The notes: generated by a model from the letters alone, not told the origin. Shown: positions 11,537 to 22,936, counted from the first letter of the stretch. The stretch: 64,000 bases of DNA from Gammaproteobacteria bacterium (GCA_965243395.1 CBDEUS010000001.1:1152001-1216000); one strand, 5' to 3'. Translations and numbers: made by a program.

Positions 11537-14443
11537 TTGCACACACTGAAAAATATTCAAATTACACATTACAGTCAAAATATTCTGACTGTTGTCAGTA
11601 AAGAGCTAATCTCACAATATCATCACCTCCTACCCGACTTTAGTGAGGTCACTATATTTTTGCCCAATCTGCTTGCGCAGATGCATTTACGCGAAGAAAT
11701 TCTGAACCAAGCAGGCAAAATTGGCTATGACGCGATTTTCCCTCCAGAAATCACAACACTTCAGTCATGGTGTCGCAAACAGAATACAAACAAAAAACCA
11801 GTGTTATCACAATATGCTCGTGAACTTATTTTAGTAGATGCCATTAAACAACAACCCGACTTGTTTGCTCATGCAAACCCATGGGGAATTGCTAATGAAC
11901 TTTTATCTTTATTTGATGCTATGTTGTTGAGCAATGTCAAACCACTAGACTTCAATACATATTATCAAGGTCATAAGCCAGATCTCACACATGCTTTACT
12001 GCATGAATCTGATCTTGTCAAAGTACTGTGGGAAGCTTGGCGTGAACAAACTAGTGATGAAAATTTCATTGACCCTGTAGAAGCATATGCGAGTGTCCTG
12101 AAAAGTGTAATTACCAGCAATGAAGATATTTTCTACTGTGTAGGATTAGATAAGCTCACTAACCTTGAATGTGATTTTCTAAACCGAATCAGTAAGGAAT
12201 CTGAAGTGCTATTTTACGCTTACGGTACTGAAGCTAATTTTAATAATAGAACTGACTTGTATTTAAAAAAGTATGTAAGCACTGAAACTCAAACAACAGT
12301 TATTGAAACTTCAGATAAGAGCCCATTTACAGTTCTTTTAGATACAGTGTTTGAGGTTAGTGATCAAAGCATTAAGCAACGCGCTGAGACATATATTGAA
12401 AATTATCCTGACGATTCATTTTCAAATAAATTAAATACATATAAAACGAATAAATTCGAACAACACTGTAATGCCATCGATATACAAATTCGAATTTGGT
12501 TACATGAGAATTTAAATAAAATTGGCGTAGTTACTACTGATCGTAAGCTTGCGCGAAGATTACGAGCAATACTTGAGCATGCAAATATTACTGTTAACGA
12601 TGATGCAGGCTGGGCGCTCGCTACAACAAGTGCAGCAGTAGTGGTTGAATGGTGGTTGCAATTAATAGAAGAACAATACCCTTCAAGACAGTTAATTGCA
12701 TTAGCAAAATCGCCATTTTTTCCTAAAAATGATCCTGATCTACATCATCAGGCTGTCAATTATTTTGAAAAAGAAATTATCCTTAAATTTAATATTCATA
12801 ATGGCATTCATCGTTATCGAAATGCTATTGAAAAAATTCAGAGCTCAAAAAATAATATTGATGAAAACATCCCTGACTATTTAATCGAACTGCTTGATAA
12901 ATTTGAAAATAGCTCACAGCTGTTAGCAAAACTTCATAGCTACGAAATCTACTCTCTACATTCGTTTATATATGAGCTTATTAATAGTCTGAAGCCTATC
13001 GGGATATATACACGCTTAAATCAAGACGATGCTGGCAAACAAATCATTGAATTGTTTAAAGATCAAATAAATCACTTTAAGTTGATCGATAACCATATGA
13101 ACTGGTCTGAATGCAGAAGATTTATATCTAGAATTTTTGATCAGCAAAACTATAAGCCGCCAAAGCAGAACAATTCAGATACACACAATGTTACATTTTG
13201 CAGCCTAGAACAAAGCCGTTTACAAAAATTTGATGCGCTAATTATTGCATCAGTGGATAAAGCTCATTTTCCAGGCACGGCAAATAATTATGTATTTTTC
13301 AATGAACAAGTTCGTTCGGAATTGGGCATACCTACATGGCGTGACGATCAGGCGAGATATCTGCACCAGTTTCGCTGTCTTTTAGATTCTGCTGAGAATA
13401 TTTTGATTACAGTACAAACAGAACGAAATGGTGAAAAAACAACACCTTGCCCTTGGTTAGAAGCAATAGAAACGTTTCACTATATGGCCTATGGCAAATC
13501 CTTATCCAATCAGCAATTAGAATATTTGGTTAACGATTCGCATAGTCAAGTGCAAAAAGAGTCAGAACTACCAAATCCAGAACCATCTGCCCAACCTAAT
13601 CCCATTCCCTTAGCTGAAATTAAGCCTAATCAAATATCAATTTCGGATTATCAAAGGTTAGTGGACTGCCCATACCAATATTTTGCATTAACTTGTTTAA
13701 AGCTTTTACCCACACAAGAACTGCAAGAAGAATTAACTAAGGCAGATTTCGGCAGTTTAGTACATCAATGCATTCATACATTTTTTGCAAAAGTACCAAA
13801 CTACCCCGATCCAATCACAGAAAAAATAACACAAGAAAACCGTGAACAATGCATTACTCAATTAAACGATATAAGTCAAAAAGTGTTTTCACAGTCAGAC
13901 AGCAGCCAAAATAATGAAGGTTTTCACAATCAACTATGGTTGCAAAGATGGCTAAGTTTAATTCCAAGCTTTATTGATTGGGAAATAAAAAGACAGTTTG
14001 ATCACAAACCTATGCTTCATGAAAAAAAAGTAGAATTAAATTTCGATAATGCAAATGTTTACGGTAGGTTAGACCGCGTTGATAAATCAACGGATGGATA
14101 TTCCATTATTGATTATAAGACCGGCCAAACACCTTCAAAAATTAGCGTCTTATCGGGAGAGCAAGTTCAATTACCCATGTATGCCTTATTAAATGATTCA
14201 GATGAAAATACTTCTACCAGGCAAGTTGAGTATGTATCTATAGGCGACAAGAATACGGTTAGAAGTATTGTAAGCATTAAAGAAAATGATCTGGATGAAC
14301 TTAAACAACAACATCTCGCGCGTTTACGTTCCTTTTTTGAAGACTTAAACAAAGATGTACCATTTACCGCACTTGCTAGTGATGAAACCTGTCAGCGGTG
14401 TGATGCATTTGGCGTTTGTAGGAAAAGTTTTTGGCAAAACTAA
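11537..14443 (+). CDS. AddB-like protein: inactive helicase-like N-terminus with C-terminal PD-(D/E)XK RecB-family nuclease
   Basis: GRLDRVD, IIDYKTG, QLPMY nuclease motifs; Fe-S staple cysteines DCPYQY and CQRCDAFGVC. Confidence 0.8.
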   Translation: MHTLKNIQITHYSQNILTVVSKELISQYHHLLPDFSEVTIFLPNLLAQMHLREEILNQAGKIGYDAIFPPEITTLQSWCRKQNTNKKPVLSQYARELILVDAIKQQPDLFAHANPWGIANELLSLFDAMLLSNVKPLDFNTYYQGHKPDLTHALLHESDLVKVLWEAWREQTSDENFIDPVEAYASVLKSVITSNEDIFYCVGLDKLTNLECDFLNRISKESEVLFYAYGTEANFNNRTDLYLKKYVSTETQTTVIETSDKSPFTVLLDTVFEVSDQSIKQRAETYIENYPDDSFSNKLNTYKTNKFEQHCNAIDIQIRIWLHENLNKIGVVTTDRKLARRLRAILEHANITVNDDAGWALATTSAAVVVEWWLQLIEEQYPSRQLIALAKSPFFPKNDPDLHHQAVNYFEKEIILKFNIHNGIHRYRNAIEKIQSSKNNIDENIPDYLIELLDKFENSSQLLAKLHSYEIYSLHSFIYELINSLKPIGIYTRLNQDDAGKQIIELFKDQINHFKLIDNHMNWSECRRFISRIFDQQNYKPPKQNNSDTHNVTFCSLEQSRLQKFDALIIASVDKAHFPGTANNYVFFNEQVRSELGIPTWRDDQARYLHQFRCLLDSAENILITVQTERNGEKTTPCPWLEAIETFHYMAYGKSLSNQQLEYLVNDSHSQVQKESELPNPEPSAQPNPIPLAEIKPNQISISDYQRLVDCPYQYFALTCLKLLPTQELQEELTKADFGSLVHQCIHTFFAKVPNYPDPITEKITQENREQCITQLNDISQKVFSQSDSSQNNEGFHNQLWLQRWLSLIPSFIDWEIKRQFDHKPMLHEKKVELNFDNANVYGRLDRVDKSTDGYSIIDYKTGQTPSKISVLSGEQVQLPMYALLNDSDENTSTRQVEYVSIGDKNTVRSIVSIKENDLDELKQQHLARLRSFFEDLNKDVPFTALASDETCQRCDAFGVCRKSFWQN

Positions 14444-15060
14444 TGAAAGTAAATAATTTAATGCATCTATTGGCAGTAAGCCTTTTTATAGTTTCATGTA
14501 GTAATCCAAACAAACCTCATAATGCCTTAGCAAGTGACGCAACGATTTTAGCTTTTGGCGATAGTTTGACGTATGGTGTTGGCGCCAACAAAGGTGAAGA
14601 CTATCCGTCGTTATTAGCTTCTTTTACAAATTTGAAGGTTGTTAATGCTGGTGTTCCTGGAGAGATTAGCAGCAAAGGATTAAATCGCTTGCCTTCTTTA
14701 CTTGATCAGCACAAACCCGATTTATTAATTCTGATTCATGGAGGTAATGATATTTTGCGTAAACACCCACGATCAGAACTTAAAAACAATTTAACGGCTA
14801 TGTTTGAAGAGGCAACTTCACGTGACACAGCTGTGGTTGCGCTAGGGGTTCCTGAGCCTGGGTTATTCCTAAAAAGCGCAGATGTATACCAACAGCTAGC
14901 AAACGAAACAGATGTGCCGTTTCAATTAAGTTTATTACCCGAAATAATCGGTGACAGTGATTTGAAAGCAGATATGGTACATCCTAATGCTGAAGGCTAT
15001 CATGAGATGGCAAATGGAGTTCTTGAATTTCTTGAAGACCAAGGATTCATCGAAAACTAA
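14443..15060 (+). CDS. SGNH/GDSL arylesterase (TesA-like), probable lipoprotein
   Basis: FGDSLT, NAGVPG, GGND, DMVHPN; lipobox-like IVSC; ATG overlaps the upstream stop (TAATG). Confidence 0.88.
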   Translation: MKVNNLMHLLAVSLFIVSCSNPNKPHNALASDATILAFGDSLTYGVGANKGEDYPSLLASFTNLKVVNAGVPGEISSKGLNRLPSLLDQHKPDLLILIHGGNDILRKHPRSELKNNLTAMFEEATSRDTAVVALGVPEPGLFLKSADVYQQLANETDVPFQLSLLPEIIGDSDLKADMVHPNAEGYHEMANGVLEFLEDQGFIEN

Positions 15061-15260
15061 TTGGCCGTTGCGAGAAGCAACTTTACGGCTACGACAATAA
15101 CTAAAATAAAAATAACCGTTAGCAAAAAGCCTACTAAAATAAATTGTGCAGGGTTGCCCTGTTGAAAATCTCGGCGGCGGTTTTTATCACTTTGCACACC
15201 AAAAAAACTGGCTAGCACACTTTTGATTGTATCTAGCAAAGTTGGTCTTCCATCTTCCAT
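15057..15260 (-). CDS. DUF2970-like small membrane protein
   Basis: SVLASFFGVQSDKNRRRDF followed by a TM helix. Confidence 0.8.
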   Translation of the reverse strand: MEDGRPTLLDTIKSVLASFFGVQSDKNRRRDFQQGNPAQFILVGFLLTVIFILVIVVAVKLLLATAN

Positions 15261-15387
15261 ATTCTCTCCCCAAGCATTTAGGAACTTGTCAATTGAAGAG
15301 GATTAGATAACTTTTAGATATATTCCGATAGGTATTAAACACACAGCTACTTACGGCTATTTCAAAAATATTAAACTAGATGGCCAG

Positions 15388-16371
15388 CTATGCTTCTTTA
15401 TCAGCTATTACCATACAGCGAAGAGGCGCTTGATAACCTTCAATAGTTAAGCTTGGATCATCTGGGTTGAGGGCTTGATTAAGAGAATATCGAGTCATCC
15501 ATTCTGTTTGGCGTTGTTCTTCTATAGTCGTCATAGTGATATCGACTACATTAATATTCTCAAATCCCGATTCAGTCAGCCACCTTTTAAGCAAGTTAAT
15601 ATTCGGAATCATCCAAACATTACGCATATTGGCATAACGTTCATTAGGAATAAGAATATCTGCATTTTCGTCTTCAATAATTAACGTTTCCAATATCAGT
15701 TGGCCGCCAGTAGTCAATAAAGAATGAATTTGCTCAAGGTGTATGTGAGGTTCTTGGCGATGATATAACACACCCATAGAAAATATCGTATCGAATGTAT
15801 TGTGAGATTCTGGAAACTCTTCTAATGAAAAAGGTAACACAAAAGATTTTTGTTCGATTGAGGAATACTTTTGCAGTGTGTGAAATTGAAAAACATAATG
15901 CCAGCTAGGATCTATCCCCAGCACTAGTTTTGCCGCCATACCTTGCATACGAAGTGAGTAATAGCCATTACCACAACCAATATCCAATACATATTTATCT
16001 TTTAAATTAATATAAGGTGCTACACGTGACCATTTCCAATCACTACGCCATTCCGCATCAATATGTACACCAAATATATTAATTGGGCCTTTTCGCCAAG
16101 GGCATAGTTCTTTGAGTTTTTTCTCAAGAGACTCTTTTTGCTGAGCAGATATATCCCCTTCTTGACCGATAGTGATTTCATTGCAGTTAAAATCTGATCG
16201 AGATGCTTTATGAAGAGGCAGTGATTCGAGAATCTCACACCAATCATTAAAATGACCATGTCGTGGGTTTGCATATTTTTCATCTAATAGATCAGTTATA
16301 TGCTTATTTATTTTCTCAAATTTAGATTCGTTTAAAGCTAATTTGAGCTTATCACGATCTGGTGCAATCAT
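15388..16371 (-). CDS. cmoB: tRNA U34 carboxymethyltransferase
   Basis: PWRKGP, IDAEWRSDWKW, LDIGCGNGY, SMGVLYH. Confidence 0.95.
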   Translation of the reverse strand: MIAPDRDKLKLALNESKFEKINKHITDLLDEKYANPRHGHFNDWCEILESLPLHKASRSDFNCNEITIGQEGDISAQQKESLEKKLKELCPWRKGPINIFGVHIDAEWRSDWKWSRVAPYINLKDKYVLDIGCGNGYYSLRMQGMAAKLVLGIDPSWHYVFQFHTLQKYSSIEQKSFVLPFSLEEFPESHNTFDTIFSMGVLYHRQEPHIHLEQIHSLLTTGGQLILETLIIEDENADILIPNERYANMRNVWMIPNINLLKRWLTESGFENINVVDITMTTIEEQRQTEWMTRYSLNQALNPDDPSLTIEGYQAPLRCMVIADKEA

Positions 16372-17102
16372 TTTATTGCCAAATAAGTTACGAAATTTAA
16401 ATATTTTATCAATACCGAAACTTCAGAAAACCCTGAATGACGCAAACGATCAACATGCTGCTCATGAGTATCGCGAATTAATACATTCTCTAAAGATTCC
16501 CTCTTTTGGCTAATTTCAAGTTCACTGTAATCGTTTAGACGCTTGAAATTTTCATGCAATCTTTGCATCAGTTTATCTTCTTCTTTGTCTTGATAAGTAA
16601 TTTTTTCAGATAAAAGCAACGCACCGCCCGGATTCAAACCTGTATAAATTTTCTTTATTAAATCATTTCGTTTTGAGCGTTGGATAAATTGCAAAGTGTA
16701 GTTAAGAATTACAAATGAAGCATTTTTGATATCGATATTTGCAATATCACTCAAAATTACTTTGATCATTGCTTCCAGATCTTGGTTTACAATCCTTTCT
16801 TGTAACTGATTCACCATAGCATCTGAATTATCTACAGAATAAATTTGTATATTCTTATATATACTGGATTTAGCAATAGTGATTGATGCTTCACCAAGTG
16901 AGCATCCTAAATCATAAATATGAGTATTTTGTTGGAGGAATTGATTCGCAATGACGGGCAATAATTGATTCAAAGCTATGTAGCCAGGAACAGATCTCTT
17001 GATCATATCCTCGAAAACATTTGCTACATCCTCATCAAAAACAAAGTCGTTGACTTCATTTTTCTTATTAGCATATATGCGATCTTTTTCAGAGCGGCTC
17101 AA
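16368..17102 (-). CDS. cmoA: Carboxy-S-adenosyl-L-methionine synthase
   Basis: FVFDEDVANVFEDMIKRSVPGY, YDLGCSLG, NYTLQF, YSELEISQKR. TTG at 17102 is likelier than 17162, which overlaps prfC. Confidence 0.94.
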   Translation of the reverse strand: MSRSEKDRIYANKKNEVNDFVFDEDVANVFEDMIKRSVPGYIALNQLLPVIANQFLQQNTHIYDLGCSLGEASITIAKSSIYKNIQIYSVDNSDAMVNQLQERIVNQDLEAMIKVILSDIANIDIKNASFVILNYTLQFIQRSKRNDLIKKIYTGLNPGGALLLSEKITYQDKEEDKLMQRLHENFKRLNDYSELEISQKRESLENVLIRDTHEQHVDRLRHSGFSEVSVLIKYLNFVTYLAIK

Positions 17103-17115
17103 AACTATTTGAATA

Positions 17116-18759
17116 TTACTGTTCGGAAATATAACTATGTTCTCGTGTAGCGCGAAACTCAATATTGGGCCACTTTTCCACTGCCATTTGTAGGTTTACA
17201 CGAGTTGGTGCGATATATACCAATTCTTCGCCATGATCCAATGCAAGGTTTGTCTCTACTTTACTTTTAAACTTGCTAAGTTCTTTTGCATCCTCACAAT
17301 TAATCCATCTTGCGGTCTGGACATTCACGGCTTCAAATTTGCACTCAACATTGTACTCATGCTTTAAACGATGCTGTACGACCTCAAATTGCAAGACACC
17401 CACAGCGCCTAATATCAAATCATTATTCGTGATGGGTCGAAATAATTGAGTAGCACCTTCTTCACAAAGCTGTATAAGTCCTTTCAGTAACGCCTTCATT
17501 TTTAAGGGATCTTTTAATTGAGCGCGACGAAAAAGCTCCGGTGCAAAATTTGGAATTCCTGTAAATGCCAATTTCTCACCCTGTGTGAATGCATCACCTA
17601 TGCGAATGGTTCCATGATTATGCAAACCAATAATATCGCCAGGATAGGCACGATCCACTTGTTCACGTTCTTTAGCAATGAATGTTAATGCATCACTAAT
17701 TTTTACATCACGATTCAGGCGTACATGCTGTAGTTTCATACCTTTTTGAAAACTGCCTGAACATATACGTAAAAATGCTAAACGGTCGCGATGATTAGGA
17801 TCCATATTGGCTTGTATTTTAAATACAAAGCCTGAAAATTTTTCTTCATCAGCAGAAACATTCCTAGATTCAGAATCTGAATCACTCGTTTTCTGTACAT
17901 TGGCTTTCTGAACACTGGCTTCTCTAGGTTGAGGTGCTGGCGCATACTCGACGAATTTATCCAATAGCTCAGCTACACCAAAATTATTAATTGCAGAGCC
18001 AAAAAATACAGGCGTCATTTCTCCTTTTAGATAAGCATCTTGATCGAACTCATGACTCGCACCCTGCACAAGTTCAATTTCATCTCTCAGCTCTTGCGCC
18101 TGGTCCCCTAAAAGTTCATCCAAACGTGGATTATCCAAACCTTCAATCATTTCGCCTTGTTTTATTTTGCCTTTATGATTTGGATCATAAAGATGAACCG
18201 AATCGTTTATTAAATGAAACACGCCTTTAAATAATTTCCCCATACCAATTGGCCAAGTTATAGGCGCACATTTAATTTTTAAAACACTTTCAACTTCATC
18301 AAGCAGCTCAATTGGTTCACGACCATCACGATCAAGCTTATTAATGAACGTTATGATTGGTGTATCGCGCAAGCGACACACTTCCATGAGCTTAATTGTT
18401 CGTTCTTCAACACCTTTAGCGTTATCAATTACCATTAACGCAGAATCAACTGCTGTGAGAGTACGATATGTGTCTTCAGAAAAGTCTGCATGCCCAGGTG
18501 TATCTAATAAGTTTACTATTCGATCCTTATAATCAAACTGCATCACTGAACTTGTAATGGAGATACCTCGTTGTTGCTCCATCTCCATCCAATCGGAAGT
18601 TGCATGACGGGCAGCTTTTCTTCCTTTAACAGAACCGGCTAATTGAATTGCACCACTGAAAAGTAACAATTTTTCGGTAACCGTAGTTTTGCCTGCATCA
18701 GGATGCGAAATAATTGCAAAAGTCCGACGCCGGGCAGTTTGTTGTTGATGTTCACTCAC
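17116..18759 (-). CDS. prfC: Peptide chain release factor 3
   Basis: [40 protein letters not shown]. Confidence 0.98.
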   Translation of the reverse strand: MSEHQQQTARRRTFAIISHPDAGKTTVTEKLLLFSGAIQLAGSVKGRKAARHATSDWMEMEQQRGISITSSVMQFDYKDRIVNLLDTPGHADFSEDTYRTLTAVDSALMVIDNAKGVEERTIKLMEVCRLRDTPIITFINKLDRDGREPIELLDEVESVLKIKCAPITWPIGMGKLFKGVFHLINDSVHLYDPNHKGKIKQGEMIEGLDNPRLDELLGDQAQELRDEIELVQGASHEFDQDAYLKGEMTPVFFGSAINNFGVAELLDKFVEYAPAPQPREASVQKANVQKTSDSDSESRNVSADEEKFSGFVFKIQANMDPNHRDRLAFLRICSGSFQKGMKLQHVRLNRDVKISDALTFIAKEREQVDRAYPGDIIGLHNHGTIRIGDAFTQGEKLAFTGIPNFAPELFRRAQLKDPLKMKALLKGLIQLCEEGATQLFRPITNNDLILGAVGVLQFEVVQHRLKHEYNVECKFEAVNVQTARWINCEDAKELSKFKSKVETNLALDHGEELVYIAPTRVNLQMAVEKWPNIEFRATREHSYISEQ

Positions 18760-18843
18760 GGAAAATAGACGAATTAAATAAACAAAGCGCGCGATTATAG
18801 CGAACCCTGAGAGGTTCCTATAGTACTCAAGAAGTAGGTTTTG

Positions 18844-18969
18844 TATAAAACGATAGATTTTTTCTCAAGATGAAGCGTATTGTTTTCAAAAAACGGAGTT
18901 TACTAGCGAGAAAATGAGTATTTGCGAAAACAATACAACGAAATATTGAGGAAAAAGATACGTTTTAGA
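18844..18969. repeat. Long imperfect palindromic element (MITE or RPE-like) overlapping the rimI stop codon
   Basis: Nested arms TAAAACG/CGTTTTA, TTTTTCTCAA/TTGAGGAAAA and GTATTGTTTTC/GAAAACAATAC around the core GGAGTTTAC...AAATGAG. Confidence 0.55.
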
Positions 18970-19429
18970 GAGATTTGGCGAGAATGACGGCGTCTTCCCT
19001 ACCCACTTTAGCAGGATAATAATCCCGCCTTATGCCTATTTCGTTAAATCCTTCAGAAAAATACAGCGACAATGCGTTTAAATTCGAGGGTCGTACCTCT
19101 AAAAAGGCGGTATCTGCTTTTCGCGCTTGAGCAATAATTAATAATTGATGCAAGAAACGGCGACCTATTCCTTGACCCTGTAGTTCTGGATCAATGCAAA
19201 TGTTTAAGATATGACATTCTTTTACTGCCAAAGACATTACTGCATAACCTGCAACATGATGATCAATTTCAATTACCCAGCATGAATAACCAAATCGCAT
19301 ACAGTCATGAAAAATTCCTTCAGACCAAGGAAAATCATAACTCTTGTTCTCTATATCTATGACCGCACGCAGATCATATTCCGTCATTAGACGGTAAGTT
19401 TCAGCGGGATAATCAAATACAGCACTCAT
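18965..19429 (-). CDS. rimI: Ribosomal protein S18 alanine N-acetyltransferase
   Basis: FPWSEGIF, HILNICI, QGQGIG, FLEVRPSN, RRDYY, REDA. Confidence 0.94.
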   Translation of the reverse strand: MSAVFDYPAETYRLMTEYDLRAVIDIENKSYDFPWSEGIFHDCMRFGYSCWVIEIDHHVAGYAVMSLAVKECHILNICIDPELQGQGIGRRFLHQLLIIAQARKADTAFLEVRPSNLNALSLYFSEGFNEIGIRRDYYPAKVGREDAVILAKSL

Positions 19430-19478
19430 AATGAAAAGTATAGATGATTATTTAATTGTAAGCTCAATAAAAATGTTA

Positions 19479-20207
19479 TTAGGCTGAATTTTCAGTCTGA
19501 AGTGAATACACCTGCATGGCAAATTTTAAGTCTTCCCATGCTTTACGCTTTTGTTGCGGGCTTCTCAATAAATAAGCTGGATGGTAGGTGGCAACCACAG
19601 GTATGCCAGTGTTTTGATACATGTATTGCTGGCCTCGCATTTTACCGATCGGTGTATCGGTATTCAGCAACGACTGAGCCGCAATTCTTCCAACAACTAA
19701 AATAATTTTTGGTTGAATAAGCTCAATTTGCTGTCGCAAATAAGAACTACAATGATTCACTTCATCTGCTTGTGGATCACGGTTATTTGGCGGTCTACAT
19801 TTCAAAATATTTGCAATAAATACTTCTTCACGAGCCAAACCCATAGCGCGCAACATACTAGTTAACAACTGACCGGCACGACCAACAAATGGTTCACCCA
19901 AACGATCTTCATCAGCACCGGGCGCTTCTCCAATGATTAACCACTCAGCAGCAGGATGCCCAACACCAAATACCGTTTGTGTGCGTGATCGATGCAAATC
20001 ACATAAAGTACATTCCGAAACAACTCTTTTTAACTCATCCAAACTTTGCGCAACTTTTATTTGCTCTTCGTCAAGTTGTTTTGAAACTACTTCATTATTA
20101 GTCGAAGCATTTTGTTCATCACTAACCTTCTCGATTACGGATTGATTAGAAACCCACGCCTGAATCCCCATCTGGTCTAAGTAGTAAAGACGTTTTTCCT
20201 CATTCAT
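19479..20207 (-). CDS. Family 4 uracil-DNA glycosylase with a psi(HolD)-like N-terminal peptide
   Basis: [36 protein letters not shown]; N-terminus [13 protein letters not shown]. Confidence 0.9.
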   Translation of the reverse strand: MNEEKRLYYLDQMGIQAWVSNQSVIEKVSDEQNASTNNEVVSKQLDEEQIKVAQSLDELKRVVSECTLCDLHRSRTQTVFGVGHPAAEWLIIGEAPGADEDRLGEPFVGRAGQLLTSMLRAMGLAREEVFIANILKCRPPNNRDPQADEVNHCSSYLRQQIELIQPKIILVVGRIAAQSLLNTDTPIGKMRGQQYMYQNTGIPVVATYHPAYLLRSPQQKRKAWEDLKFAMQVYSLQTENSA

Positions 20208-20243
20208 AACAAAACTATCAAAATGATTTACTACGTATGCGTT

Positions 20244-21788
20244 TTAAACATCATGTTGTGGATGCGCTCTTTCTTCTGGCACAACCAATTTATTTAAAGC
20301 ATGCAAATACGCTTTTGCAGAAGCCATTACGATATCAGTATCGGCGCCATGGCCGTTTACAATTCTTCCTGCTTTTTGAAGTCGTACGGTTACTTCCCCT
20401 TGAGAGTCTGTTCCGGTTGTAATGTTATTCACCGAATAAAGTTGCAATTGCGCCTGGCTATCAACTATATCTTCAATTGCACAAAATGTAGCATCAACAG
20501 GCCCGCCTCCAGTTGAAGTAGCTGATTTTTCACTCCCATCTACTGACAAAGTAATTTCCGCACACGGTTTTTTACCCGATTCAGAATGAGCCTTTAAGGT
20601 TACTAATTTACAATAATCATTATTCTCATAGGCACTATCGGAAACTAATGCATGTAAATCTTCATCATAGATTTCATGCTTTCGGTCTGCCAAATCTTTA
20701 AAATTAGTAAATGCATTATTCAACTCTTCTTCGGTATCAAAACTAATACCTAATTCATCCAAGCGTGTTCTGAATGCATTACGACCTGAGTGTTTTCCTA
20801 AAACTATTTTGTTTGCCGCCCAACCAACATCTTCTGCACGCATTATCTCGTAGGTTTCGCGTGCTTTTAGAACGCCATCCTGATGTATACCAGACTCATG
20901 TGCGAATGCATTTGCACCGACAATTGCTTTATTTGGCTGCACAGGAAAACCCGTAATCGTCGACACCATACGAGAAGTAGGAACAATTTGCGTAGTATCA
21001 AGATCCGTTTTGCAATCAAACACATCTTGACGAGTATGAACAGTCATTACCACTTCTTCTAAGGAAGCATTTCCAGCTCTTTCGCCTAAGCCATTAATGG
21101 TACATTCAACTTGTCTAGCACCGTGCAACACTGCAGAAAGAGAATTTGCTACTGCCAAACCTAGATCATTGTGACAATGCACTGAGAATATAGCTTGATC
21201 TGAATTTGGGATATTTTCAATTAGACGGCCTACCAAACTGCCGAACTGATGCGGAATGTTATAGCCCACTGTGTCGGGAATATTAATAGTATTCGCGCCT
21301 GCATTAATAACAGCCTCAATCACACGACATAAAAATTCAAACTCAGAACGCCCTGCATCCTCAGGTGAAAATTCAACATTATCTGTAAAACCACGCGCAC
21401 GTTTGACAGCAGCAATAGCTTGATCTACTACTTGATCTTCCGTCATACGTAATTTACTTTTCATATGAATAGGTGAAGTTGCAATGAAGGTGTGAATTCT
21501 TGCAGAGTTTGCTGCTTTAAGCGCTTCTCCAGCACGATCAATATCATTGTCCAGCGCACGGGCTAAACCACAAACAGTACTGTCTTTAACTGCACCTGCT
21601 ACCGCCTGAACAGATTCAAAATCACCAACACTTGCCATGGGAAACCCTGCTTCTATGACATCTACTTGCATACGCTCTAGTGATTTTGCAATCCTTACTT
21701 TTTCATCGCGTGTCATTGAGGCACCCGGGCTTTGCTCACCATCTCGCAACGTTGTATCAAAAATTATTAATTTATCCTTGCTTGCCAC
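20244..21788 (-). CDS. leuA: 2-isopropylmalate synthase
   Basis: [31 protein letters not shown]-terminal regulatory domain; GTG 21788 follows GGAG. Confidence 0.97.
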   Translation of the reverse strand: MASKDKLIIFDTTLRDGEQSPGASMTRDEKVRIAKSLERMQVDVIEAGFPMASVGDFESVQAVAGAVKDSTVCGLARALDNDIDRAGEALKAANSARIHTFIATSPIHMKSKLRMTEDQVVDQAIAAVKRARGFTDNVEFSPEDAGRSEFEFLCRVIEAVINAGANTINIPDTVGYNIPHQFGSLVGRLIENIPNSDQAIFSVHCHNDLGLAVANSLSAVLHGARQVECTINGLGERAGNASLEEVVMTVHTRQDVFDCKTDLDTTQIVPTSRMVSTITGFPVQPNKAIVGANAFAHESGIHQDGVLKARETYEIMRAEDVGWAANKIVLGKHSGRNAFRTRLDELGISFDTEEELNNAFTNFKDLADRKHEIYDEDLHALVSDSAYENNDYCKLVTLKAHSESGKKPCAEITLSVDGSEKSATSTGGGPVDATFCAIEDIVDSQAQLQLYSVNNITTGTDSQGEVTVRLQKAGRIVNGHGADTDIVMASAKAYLHALNKLVVPEERAHPQHDV

Positions 21789-21958
21789 TTTTTTCTCCAA
21801 ATTCAATTATGAAATCATTTTTCATACCGCGTGGAATTAATTGAATTTTATAGAATCCGCTTGAAAAAATCTTTCAAGAACAAATCTATTAACCCGCTTA
21901 AGCGAATATGAAATAAAAAAATTGAGTGCGTAGAACCTCGCCAGGTATGGAATTGCCG

Positions 21959-22063
21959 CTAATGCGGCAGTAGGAGTAGAGATAGGAGTGCAGCAGCAGA
22001 TACTAAGGTAGCCAAACTAGCCCTAGAAAAAGTGCACAAAATTTTGAAAATTTTCCTATCCAT
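21959..22063 (-). promoter_or_regulatory. Leucine-rich leader peptide (34 aa) upstream of leuA
   Basis: MDRKIFKILCTFSRASLATLVSAAALLSLLLLPH*; Leu codon run CTC CTA TCT CTA CTC CTA CTG; hairpin TGCCGC-ATTA-GCGGCA spans the stop. Confidence 0.75.
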
Positions 22064-22142
22064 AGGCTGGAATATATCGACTTCAGTATAAATATTCTAC
22101 TTATTTTTGGCTTAACGGCAGATTTTAGTCAAATAAGCCTAT

Positions 22143-22925
22143 CTATGATTCATTTTGGTTTTCATTTACCTCTTGAGCACGCTGCGGGCGCTTACGCTTA
22201 AGACGTAATAAATACGTGATGGGTCCGGACATTGCATATACTGCAAACAGGGCAAAAAATAATTTCGGCGTATCAATGGAAGCCAATATAAATCCAACTA
22301 CGATTGCAAGAAGAGCATAAAACGGTACTCGTTCCCCCGGGCTTACATCTTTGAAACTATAGTAACTAAAGTTACTCACCATTAAAGCACCGAGTATTAC
22401 CGTAATAATTAACGCAGGAATAGCAAAGTCTGCACGCGATAATTGCATATCGTGGCACACCCAAATAAAACCAACCATTGCTGCTGCAGCTGCTGGACTC
22501 GGTAAACCTTGAAAATAGCGTTTGCTGTCTTTACTGATACGCGTATTAAATCTTGCTAAGCGCAATGCTGCAGCAGCGGTATAGAAAAATGCCGCTAACC
22601 AACCAAGCTTAGACATTACTGGATAACCTTGAAAATGGATTAGCGCCCAGAAATACATTACCAGTGCAGGTGCGATACCAAATGACACCATGTCTGAAAG
22701 ACTGTCATACTGAGATCCAAATTCTGTACTCGTATGAGTTAAGCGCGCTACACGCCCATCAAACCCATCAAGTAACATGGCTACAACAATTGCAATAGCC
22801 GCTTGTTCAAAATTATCTGCTGTAGCTGCAATAATTGCATAAAACCCTGCAAATAAAGCTCCTGTGGTAAGCAGGTTTGGAAGCAAGTAAATACCTTTGC
22901 GGGGTTTGCGTTTTAATTCAGCCAT
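22143..22925 (-). CDS. pssA: CDP-diacylglycerol--serine O-phosphatidyltransferase
   Basis: LPNLLT, DGFDGRVAR...FGSQYDSLSDMVSFG, RLARFN, FQGLPSP. Confidence 0.95.
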   Translation of the reverse strand: MAELKRKPRKGIYLLPNLLTTGALFAGFYAIIAATADNFEQAAIAIVVAMLLDGFDGRVARLTHTSTEFGSQYDSLSDMVSFGIAPALVMYFWALIHFQGYPVMSKLGWLAAFFYTAAAALRLARFNTRISKDSKRYFQGLPSPAAAAAMVGFIWVCHDMQLSRADFAIPALIITVILGALMVSNFSYYSFKDVSPGERVPFYALLAIVVGFILASIDTPKLFFALFAVYAMSGPITYLLRLKRKRPQRAQEVNENQNES

Positions 22926-22936
22926 ATTGTGATCTA

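Noticed and set aside
17860-17925. Low-complexity insertion in RF3 ([17 protein letters not shown])
   Set aside because: A short in-frame inter-domain linker expansion with no intein or mobile-element hallmarks.
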